Positions 36,833 through 45,987 of a DNA stretch of 64,000 nt are shown here, piece after piece. The DNA lies in assembly GCA_020891255.1 (NCBI GenBank), contig BQFW01000010.1, forward strand, positions 744,001 to 808,000. The letters run 5' to 3'. This DNA is from Entomortierella parvispora E1425 (taxonomy: Eukaryota > Fungi > Mortierellomycota). The stretch's first letter is position 1. Each line of letters begins with the position of its first letter. A program made the position numbers and the translations under genes. Under the pieces are notes generated by a model. That model was not told the origin of the DNA. It did no database searches and worked only from the letters and a program-made list of their open reading frames with translations.

Positions 36833-37083
36833 ACGGCATGGCAGGAAACCATTCTGGATTATACATTCAAGGTCGTTTATCGCCCTGGAGTGTTGAACGT
36901 GCTGCCAGACGCGCTGTCGCGACAATTCCCTCAGGAGCTGTGGTTGAACAGGACTGGGGAAAGAAACGCAGCAAAGATCTACAGTTACATTCACTTAATT
37001 CAGGACAAAGATACCCCTAAAGAGACGGTGAAGTTGGCCAATCGCAATAAGATAGTGAGCGATGCACATGCAATGGGCCATAT
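36833..37083 (+). pseudogene. RNaseH-integrase junction fragment of a D-related Ty3 family
   Basis: WQETILDYTFKVVYRPGVLNVLPDALSR…HAMGH is similar to, but diverged from, D (WHETILSYDFTVEYRPGVMNVLPDHLSR…HALGH). Confidence 0.8.
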
Positions 37084-37316
37084 TGTGCAATAGTAAAGGC
37101 CAAGGGAAGAGCACGAAGATTGAATGATGTTTATTGATATGAAGTTCGGGGTATTTATACTAAAGGTTGCGGTGGTGGCAATGGTGGCAATGGTGGTAGT
37201 GGTTTTAGTTGACCCTTTGTTTGTGGCTCTGCTGTGAGTGAAGGCGCTGCACGGTCAGTCTGATTTGACTGTTGCACGAGGTCTATTTGTTTGCACAAGG
37301 TCTATTTGTTTGCACA
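37084..37316 (-). repeat. Solo LTR-G (233 bp)
   Basis: TGTGCAA…TTGCACA termini; TATAAATA and AATAAA on the minus strand; a partial copy at 1258-1367; no TSD match. Confidence 0.7.
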
Positions 37317-37442
37317 AGTACTGCAATAGGAGTATCGAGGGTGGAGTGGAGACAAGAAGTGAGTTTTATTATATTGCAAGTTTCTAGCTTTTGTAGGTAC
37401 ACATCGCGTGATGTCACCGTATTCCTGTTACACCTTCCCCTT

Positions 37443-40400
37443 TTAAAAAATGATACCGTGCTGCTCTTTGAAGGTTGTGACCAAGTCCATGCAGTTGTCC
37501 AAGTTGCTTACTGGGAGCCATTCGTCAGCTTCTCTGCCGTAGCCTTTGAATGACACTAGGAACTGGTGTTGTCTGCGGTAGAAGCGGTACTTTAAAATTT
37601 CGTCCACTTCATACTCCTCTTCGCCGTCAATTACAGTGGGATCCACGGGGGCAGGAGCTCGAATGCCGAGTGACTCCGGGGACGGCAAATAGGGTCGAAA
37701 GGTATCAACGTGGAAGACGTCATGGATTTTGTAGAATGGTGGCAGCTCGACGCGGAAGGTGACAGGTGAGTGTTGCTCCAAAAGTGTGAACGGGCCAAGG
37801 AATTGAGGTCGAAGTTTATCGGCTGGTCTGATACTGTCGGCAGGGATGGTGATATTGGTGGCACGCAGCAGGACCTTATCGCCAACCTTGTACTTGTGAT
37901 CCCGTCGTCGCTTGTTTGCCTGTTGCTCCTGATGATCCTGAGCACGCTGCAGAGCATCCTGGGCCAGGGCAAGGGTGGTCGCCTGCTCAGTCAGGAAGGT
38001 ATCGACAGTGGGGACTGAGCTGCTGGGTTTACCGAGGAGAGCGGTGGGGGAGACGAGGGTGCTGGCCAGAGTTGAGGAAGAACGGCGAGTATCCCGTGGA
38101 TGCATTGACAGCGTTGTTATAGGCGAATTCCAGTGACGGAAGGAGCTGGTCCCAGTTAGACTGCTTGTTGTCAATAAACGCTCTCAACATAGTCTTCAGC
38201 GTCTTGTTCATAACCTCTGTCTGCCCATCCGTCTGTGGGTGGTAGGCGGTTGACAGTGCAAGTTTGACATCCATTAGCCTGTGCAACTCTTGCCAGAATC
38301 TACTAGTGAATCGAGTGTCGCGGTCCGAGATGATGGATGTTGGTGTGCCATGCAGCTTAAAGATGTTGTCAAAAAACTGGTGGGCGACGTCGACGGCTGT
38401 GGCAGAGGTAGTACTGGGGACGAAGTGAGCTTGCTTGGTCAGCTTGTCGACAAACACTGTGATGGCGTCAAAATTTCTAGCTGTGGGCGGAAGAGGGCCG
38501 ATGAAGTCCATGGTGACTACCTCCCAACGTTGCGAAGGAATGGGTAGCGGTTGCAAGAGTCCAGCTGGTCGATCCTGTGAGTCCTTGTTCCTTTGACACT
38601 TCTCGCAGGTTGCTACATACTGCTGGGTATCCTTGGCGATGTGGGGCCAATATACGAAACGGCGCAGGTTGTCGTAAGTCTTTTGAAAACCAAAGTGTCC
38701 AGCAGTGGCAGAGTCGTGAGCGTCGTGCAAGAGAGTGAGGCGGATCGGGGAGTGCCGAGGGATGGCCAGGGTGGTTGCTCCACGTCGGGTAAAGTAGAGG
38801 AGGTTGTTCTGGAATGAATATCCATTGGCAACCTTCCCATCCAGGCAATCCTTGTAGATGGGTCCAAGTCGAGGATCGTCGTTGTAGTCCTGGACAAGCT
38901 GGTCACGGACGTCCGGGGACAGGGAGACGCTGAGGTTGTATAGCTCAACAGGGTCAGGCTCGCGGTAGTCCGGTCGTCGGGAGAGAGCGTCTGGGACGAT
39001 GTTGTCAACTCCTCGCTTGTACTTGAAGTCAAAGTCGTATTCCTGAAGCAACTCCATCCAGCGAGCCTGTCGACGAGTGAGTTTGGGCTGTGTGGGGAAG
39101 TGGCGGAGGGTGGCGTGGTCGGTGTGGACGCTGAACTTGGTTCCATCGAGGTAGTAGCGCCAAGTGCGGAGCGCATGGATGACAGCCAACAGTTCCTGCT
39201 CATGGACAGGGTAGTTCCGCTCAGCTGACTGCATTTTCCTGGAAGTGAATGCGATGGGATGGGTATTCCCTTCCCGGTCAGTCTGCAGCAGCACTGCACC
39301 GATGGCGAAACCGGATGCATCTGTTTCGACAAAGGTGAGAGATCAGGGTCGAAGATGCGGAGGACGGGGGCGGAGCAGATGGCGCGTTTGAGCTGAAGGA
39401 ATGCAGATTGTTGTTCGTCGGTCCATTTGAAGGGAGTGTTGTTGGCGAGGAGGGAAGAGAGAGGGAGGGCAATCCCTGCAAAGCCCGATACGTACTGTTG
39501 ATAAAATTGCGCAAGCCCCAAAAATTGCTGGACGTCCTTTGTGCTCTTGGGGGTGGGCCAGTCACTGATGGCTTTGCTGAGCCCGGCCGATGTTTTGATC
39601 CCGTCCTTCGTGATGGTGTGGCCCAAAAATTCAGTTTCGTCTTGCATGAAGGAGCACTTGCTCAATTTCGCGTACAGACCGTTCTTGCGGAGGAGAGCCA
39701 GGACGCTTCGGAGATGCTGCAGGTGTTCTTTCTTTGTCTTGGAGTAGATCAACAGATCGTCGAGATACACGACAACCCATTTGTCCAAGACTGGATCGAG
39801 CACTCGCAACATCATATTGGAGAACGAAGCAGGAGCGTTAGTAAGGCCAAAGGGAACAACATTGAACTCAAAGTGACCATAGCGACAACGGAAGGCAGTC
39901 TTGTGTGTGTGTGGTTCAAAGATACGCTGCTGATGATAACCGGATAACAAGTCCAACTTGGAGTAATAGCGTGCTCCACGGAAGCGGTCAAGAAGCTCGT
40001 CGATACGGGGCAACGGGTGTCTGTTCTTCCTGGTGATCTTGTTGAGGCCACGGTAGTCGACGCACATTCGGAGTGTGCCGTCCTTCTTCCGCACAAAGAG
40101 CACGGGGGCGCCATAGGGAGAGGTACTGGGTTTGATAAAACCTGCTGCTAGCAATTGGTCCAGTTGTTTGCGAAGTTCGTCAAGCTCGGCGATTGAAAGT
40201 CTAATGACAGGGCGGAAGGGTGGGTCGGCTGTCGGGTCGGTCTCGATCTTCATAGCATCACCACGGTCTGGGGGCAGGCCGTCCGGGAGTTTCTCCGGAA
40301 AGACATCAGCGAACTCTTCCATGACAATGGACCGCACCTCTGGGGGTCATATCGGGAATTGTACGCGGTTGGTCAGTTTCTTCAGAGGGCTCTGGGGTGT

Positions 40401-41259
40401 TGCGAATAAGGGCCAGGAACACCTCCGAGCCGGGCAGGGTTGCCATGGAATGAAAGTGCATGTGTGTGAGGAGGAGTCCTTTGGTGCGGCTTTGGATGTG
40501 ATCGGCCTTGAAGCCGCGGCAGCTCCATTTGACATCGATTCCATTGTGAGTGAAATGAAGATCGTTGGTGCGCCAATTGATGCAAGGGTTAACTTTGGTG
40601 AGCCAGGGTTTGCCAAGGATGAGGTCGTATTTGTTGAGAGGATAGAGAATAGGGTTGAGCGAATCGGAGTAGTCGCTGCGGTTGAGGGTGATGGGGACGG
40701 TGTGTGATGTGAGGGAGGAAGAGCCATTGGGGAGGAGGATGGGGATGGGCAAGCATTCAGTGCGGAGGAGCTGGTGTCGCTTTTGAAAAGACGAACTGAT
40801 AATATTACCTTCTGCACCACCATCAATCAGGATTCTGGCAGCGTGGCCATTGACAGAACCGATGAAAGTGAGCAGTTGGCTCTCTGCCTTTTGGACAGTG
40901 AATTCGTGTAGGCGAATCGCACGACGCTTCAACTTCTTCAACTGACTTTTGGACAGAGGTACACTAGGTGCCGGCGGTACAGCGAGAGGGTCCGGTTCAT
41001 CTGTATCGGAGGATCTAGGTAGAGGAGCGGACAGGGCAACTGGAGCGGGCGAGGCAACAGGTTTTTTGGTTTGGTTTTGGTTTCGGTCCGATAGAACAAC
41101 CAGAGCATCGTGGATGTGAGTTCGCTTGTCATGATTGGAGTCATGTTTCTGAGGTGTAGAATCAAGTGAAGTTTTATTTGAGGTACTTAGCTCAGGGTTG
41201 TTGGCTACAGTTTCGACAACTGGGGTCCGGACCGACCCTAGTTGCCGGAGGCTTTTCCC
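37443..41259 (-). pseudogene. pol: Pol of C (PR-RT-RH-IN-chromodomain), -1 frameshift at GGGAAAA, two single-base breaks
   Basis: LIDGGA, YLDD, TMDF/SDRD/GQTE, chromodomain YEVDEIL…FLVSFKGY…EW. Breaks at ~40345 (C-run) and ~39338. Confidence 0.88.
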
Positions 41260-42158
41260 GAATCAGGGGATTCACCCGCGGTTACTTGATTAATTCCTCG
41301 GCTGCCGTTGCCGTACTTAGGGCAATTGGGACTGATGTGACCCAATTCGCGGCAGCGGAAGCAGCCACCGTTACGTACAAGGTACTCTCGGTCGGCGGCG
41401 GTCAGGGGTGCGGGGCGATCTCGAGAAGGGTTGTTAGTACCGTTGGTGGGGCGGTTCTGTAAGGAGCGGTGAAGGGTGCCGAGTTGCTTGTGGATATTGT
41501 TGAGTTGGATATGAATATTGTCCACTTCCATTGCGTTGGGGTCGGTGATACCAGCAGAGGATCCCGAGGCAGCCAGTGCTTTGGCACCGAGTGATGGGTC
41601 TTCAGTGTGGAAGATACGACCGAACTCCTCCGCGGCCTTAAAGAGTCTGGGCAGATCTATGGTGTCGTTGCCTGCATTAACAATGGCCACTTCCAGCATC
41701 TGGCGAAGCTGAGTAGGTGCACCACTGAGAAAGGCAGTGCGGATAGTATCGTTGAGAACTGCGTTGTCGGCGTAGTAAGACTGGAGGAGTAGGTGGTATT
41801 CACGGGCTTTGGTAATATAGGCCATGACGTTGGAGATGTTCAGTGGCAGTGTCATTTTCATTTGCATTGTGAGGGCGAGAATGTGCTCCTTAAACTTCGC
41901 AGGGCTGAACTCGGCGGCAAGGAGCTCGCTGAAATCCGGGAATGAGGTGTCGGATGGCTTGTTTAAGAGTGCCCACCAGCCGATAACCTCATCGCCGGCA
42001 AAGGCAAGGGTAACCCCGACCTTGCGAGATTCGGCAATTCCAGCGCCATCGAAGAAAAAGGTCATGCGTTTCAGAAAACCGAGAACAGAGAATCCGTCGC
42101 GCTTGCCGTTGAACGGTGTTGGATGAGGGAATTTGAATGACGGTGTCGCGGAGTCCAT
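41238..42158 (-). CDS. gag: Gag (family C)
   Basis: PHPTPFNGKRDG…, CFRCRELGHISPNC knuckle. Confidence 0.9.
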   Translation of the reverse strand: MDSATPSFKFPHPTPFNGKRDGFSVLGFLKRMTFFFDGAGIAESRKVGVTLAFAGDEVIGWWALLNKPSDTSFPDFSELLAAEFSPAKFKEHILALTMQMKMTLPLNISNVMAYITKAREYHLLLQSYYADNAVLNDTIRTAFLSGAPTQLRQMLEVAIVNAGNDTIDLPRLFKAAEEFGRIFHTEDPSLGAKALAASGSSAGITDPNAMEVDNIHIQLNNIHKQLGTLHRSLQNRPTNGTNNPSRDRPAPLTAADREYLVRNGGCFRCRELGHISPNCPKYGNGSRGINQVTAGESPDSGKASGN

Positions 42159-42612
42159 GTTGGGTGAATTGTCGAGGGAGAGTTGATCGAAGAGGGATAC
42201 GAGGGGGTCCAGGGTGTGAGTGTGTCGGAGGGTCAGTGGGTCAGTGAGGTCAGTGGATCGAAAACCTTTGCTACCATGCAATAGGAGTATCGAGGGTGGA
42301 GTGGAGACAAGAAGTGAGTTTTATTATATTGCAAGTTTCTAGCTTTTGTAGGTACACATCGCGTGATGTCACCGTATTCCTGTTACAAGTACAGTGTACA
42401 CCTCCGTCTTTTTTTTTTATCAAGTTTAATATGTATAATATTCGTTTTATTGTGCCTTGCACCCAAAAGTGACCCTCCGATTTTATTCTATTCGGATGCA
42501 GAAACTAATCGGAGTAAAAGTACCATGAGCACAGTCACGTCAAAGTTGAGCGCTGGCGATGAAATAAAAGAGTCTGCAGAGTTTAAAGACAGCTCTGCCA
42601 TTCCTCATTCTC

Positions 42613-43548
42613 ATGTCTGCCCAAACGAGTACCCCTTCCCCTCCGCACTCTTCCTCCCAATCCCCTACAGGTGATGTCGAATCAGATGATGATGGTCTTC
42701 CAGAGAACATCACCATTCAATTGAATCTACGGAAGCTACCCGCTCTTGCTGCTCACAATCGGAAAATCGGTGATTTACCTGACCCGCCACCATGGCAGCA
42801 CAAATGGAAGAGAGATTCCTACCATCAAATTTGTGCGCGCATTCGAGAGTCCATTCCGACTCGTCTACCTGGTGTGCGCTGGCCAGCTGATGCCAGTCCA
42901 TATGTCAAACCGTCCAAACACTCCTCAGCAAAGCTCTTCCAGATCTTGGAGGAGAACACCTATGAAGAAGCTATTGAAAGAGCATGGCGCATGGAGCGGA
43001 AGCGTGGAGTAGATCCAGGGCAGATTGTTGTCCATCTGTTCGCTTATTTGACCTACCCAGAAACTCGTGCCTCAGGAAACAGCGGTGGCTCAGGATCGAC
43101 AATCCAGCGAGCAACAGCATCACGGAAAGCGGCGGCGGTTCAGAGGATTCAACAGGCAGTCGAGGATGGACAGATACAACCTCCAGGACCAATTACAAAG
43201 ATTTTGTTTACGCAGAGACTTGCCCAAGATGCTCGATTGCCGGATCCAGAGGAACCTCTAGAGATGCCAACAACCGCCACTTTCGTTCAAGCACAGCACT
43301 TAGATTCACAAATAGCACAGGAAGATAGACGGCGACGGACTCAAGAAGAGGTTGATGGAGCACAGTTCAAACGGATTCGATTAAAGCTTGAGGACTCAAT
43401 AGTTTCTCTTCTTGTGGATGTGGAGAGCCTACGGACGGCTCTTAACCTCCCACAGCATGGCTTGAATGGCCTTGTCCATCTACAACAGGCTGCTCTCCCT
43501 CGCCCGCGGGAGAATATGGAAGATCTTGATCACGCAGATTCTGATTGA
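42613..43548 (+). CDS. Hypothetical 311-aa protein, convergent with the transposase
   Basis: Uninterrupted ATG-TGA ORF inside the putative TIRs; no domain I can assign. Confidence 0.7.
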   Translation: MSAQTSTPSPPHSSSQSPTGDVESDDDGLPENITIQLNLRKLPALAAHNRKIGDLPDPPPWQHKWKRDSYHQICARIRESIPTRLPGVRWPADASPYVKPSKHSSAKLFQILEENTYEEAIERAWRMERKRGVDPGQIVVHLFAYLTYPETRASGNSGGSGSTIQRATASRKAAAVQRIQQAVEDGQIQPPGPITKILFTQRLAQDARLPDPEEPLEMPTTATFVQAQHLDSQIAQEDRRRRTQEEVDGAQFKRIRLKLEDSIVSLLVDVESLRTALNLPQHGLNGLVHLQQAALPRPRENMEDLDHADSD

Positions 43549-44351
43549 CACGTTGTGGTGTAGTAGATGTGGAGTCCCGGTCCACATCCATCGGAGTAGA
43601 GATATATTTTCAGTAGCATTTATTATTTTGTTTAGTTTCAGTTTTTTTTTCTATAAAGAAGGGAGCAAAATCCATTTTGCTCCTGGTTGCCTTTTTCCTT
43701 TACGATTCCTGCCAGTACACTTTTGTTGAACCCTTCAGAACACAAACATACATCCCCCCCTTCCTGCCCGATATCCCCTTTGCAGCAGCAGCAAGCTCGA
43801 CGCCTTAATTCCGATTGCTGAGACTATTAGTAGCTAGTCTAAACCTCCTCCCCCCCTTACCTTTGGATATCACAGACCTATTGCGTTCTGTTGATCGACC
43901 TTGTACACTCACAAGTTACGATCTTCCCCGTCCTCGACAAGTCCCGTCAAGAACCTCGGCCAACCAGTTCTCCGTGTCCTTGCTCACTTACGAGTTAGTA
44001 TAGTACCTAGTGTTCGCCTCCGTAGTTGTTTATTCTCCTGTTTGGTTACCATTAGGACGTGCTTAGCTCATTGGTATGTCCTTATTAGTCTCCTTTCAGT
44101 TTCGTTCCTGCTTACATCGTGATCCTGTTGCTCATTCTCCTCCTCCTGTCTATCCAGTTCATTCTCTCGAGATTGTATCTGATCATATAGCAGTGCTGTG
44201 CTTGATCCTTGTGGCACAGAGAGCAAAGTCCCTATCATATGTAAGCAGCGAGCTTTGTTCGTTATTATTCTTTTCGTTATCATTTTCACCTCCAGCCTTT
44301 GCTGACGTTAGACTATACTTACTTTAGACAACATCACACCCGAAGCCAATT

Positions 44352-44367
44352 TGGTGGAGAACCTGGG
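44352..44367 (+). promoter_or_regulatory. PBS (tRNA-Ala-like), 13 nt downstream of the LTR
   Basis: TGGTGGAGAACCTGGG; the same in A1 (35764-35779) and B (721-736). Confidence 0.65.
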
Positions 44368-44442
44368 CAATTACAAGCCCTCCCGTCTGAGATTAAAGAG
44401 AAACTCTTCTTCTTTCCGATATCAACTTGAAACCAGTCTTCA

Positions 44443-45987
44443 TTGGATTCCAACATGTCTCCGCACAGCTCCGATAGTATCTCCGCGGACCGGTCCCCAG
44501 CCGCATCCACTAGCAGCATGGAGAGTAGTGTGCCGGATATGCGTCTAGAAGGAGAGATCCCAGGTCACCTCAAAAACACACCTGAAATGTTTGTAGCCAC
44601 GGACAGAGAGAAATGGCTGATGGAAAGCACCCTTAGCAGGATGGAGAGCATGCTGTTGAACGTGCTGAAGCGTACGGAATTGGCAGCCGCTAATCGCCAT
44701 CCCGAGTACGCCCAAACTGCCGATCCAGGACCAATCCCTGAATCCACTCCCTCGTTACCGACGACTCAGCCGACCAGCCATTTCTCGACCCCTTACAGGC
44801 CCTCTAACTTTGCCGACGGAAGGAGTCGAGAACGACTCGAACGCCCTTGGTCACGTGACGAACGCCCTCATGATCAGTATCGGACGCCTCCCAACGACTT
44901 CCATGGCAAGAAAGAACCTCGTGTATGTTCGGCTGGAAAGTTCAATCCTAAGAAACATAAAGCAGAGGTATGGCTGCATCAGTACCAATTGTGGGCTGGA
45001 ACGCAATTTACCAACATGAACCCACATACGGCCGCCTCTCGTACCATCGAATCGTTTGGAGCATCCATGGGAACAGACGAAACACAGGCATGGTTTGTAT
45101 ACTTTCTCGAAAATAACCGGGAGGTTCGCCCCGAAGGCCTCTACGAGGATTTCCGCAATACCTTCATGTCCGTTCGTGATCAGTTGCTCTCAGGATCCTT
45201 GGCGCAGTTGGACAAGTGCAAGCAGACAAAGAAAGAGTCGGTCCAGGCCTTCAACATCCGTTTTAGGATCCTAAACGAACAATATCAACAGGCTACTCGA
45301 CAAGGACTTGGTGTGTATGATGAAGCAGGCGTACGCAAGGCTTATCTCAAGAACTTGTTCCTTCCTGACATTGCCAAGGAGGTCCATCACCAGAACAAGC
45401 TTGAGGATATGATGGAGGAGGCCCATAAATGCTCTCGCAAGATGTACGAGTTGTATCTGGTACGACATAACGAGGAAACGGACGATACCGATGATGAAAG
45501 CGAGTCCAGCGATGATGACGATGATAAGAACCCGACTGCTAAGGACAAGCAAAAGAAGAAGGACCCGTTAGATGACCGTGGCAAATCTGAATCAAAGGCC
45601 GTCGGCTCCCCGTCCGTGAAACGCGACACCAAATCCTTTACCTCTGCCAAAAACAACTCGACTCAGAAGAATTTAGCTTCCAAGGACGACATCGAAGCTG
45701 TCACTCAGGAGCTGGACCGCCTGAAAATCCTCATCAGTAAGAGTAATCGAGTTACTCCTAGACCGGCTGGACCGCCCACCACTCGGTACTCAGGCGAGAA
45801 GAACCCCATGTCTGAGAGACAGTGTTACAATTGCCAACAGTTGGGACATATAGCCCGAGATTGCCCCGCGCAGAAGACACCTCAAACTTTGTTGGTCGAA
45901 GCCAGGATCGATGAAGGCGCTGGAGTTGAGGATTTCGACGTTCGCTGTTATTTCTTCGGATTTGTTGAAGTCGAAGTGGATTTTTAG
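44443..45987 (+). CDS. gag: Gag (family A), ~510 aa; first ATG at 44455
   Basis: Open ORF with a CCHC knuckle, ending G GAT TTT TAG. Confidence 0.9.
   Translation: MDSNMSPHSSDSISADRSPAASTSSMESSVPDMRLEGEIPGHLKNTPEMFVATDREKWLMESTLSRMESMLLNVLKRTELAAANRHPEYAQTADPGPIPESTPSLPTTQPTSHFSTPYRPSNFADGRSRERLERPWSRDERPHDQYRTPPNDFHGKKEPRVCSAGKFNPKKHKAEVWLHQYQLWAGTQFTNMNPHTAASRTIESFGASMGTDETQAWFVYFLENNREVRPEGLYEDFRNTFMSVRDQLLSGSLAQLDKCKQTKKESVQAFNIRFRILNEQYQQATRQGLGVYDEAGVRKAYLKNLFLPDIAKEVHHQNKLEDMMEEAHKCSRKMYELYLVRHNEETDDTDDESESSDDDDDKNPTAKDKQKKKDPLDDRGKSESKAVGSPSVKRDTKSFTSAKNNSTQKNLASKDDIEAVTQELDRLKILISKSNRVTPRPAGPPTTRYSGEKNPMSERQCYNCQQLGHIARDCPAQKTPQTLLVEARIDEGAGVEDFDVRCYFFGFVEVEVDF

Larger units (their letters stand above)
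37322..42387 (-). mobile_element. Ty3/gypsy chromovirus, family C (5,066 bp)
   Basis: Identical 111-bp LTRs 37322-37432 and 42277-42387. TSD AGTAC. PPT AAAAGGGGAAGG abuts the 3' LTR. An iMet-like PBS (TGGTAGCAAAGG…TTCGATCC) abuts the 5' LTR. Confidence 0.95.

Noticed and set aside
1733-42392. Shared RRTAS target consensus for chromoviruses (GATAG, AATAC, AGTAC)
   Set aside because: n=3. The D' flanks (CTGGT, TTGGG), the solo-C flank (TCGTG) and the F TSD (ATCCC) do not fit.
42613-43548. ORF2 as Fanzor/TnpB
   Set aside because: No recognisable RuvC I/II/III acidic motifs or CxxC zinc finger, and it is short. Kept as unknown.
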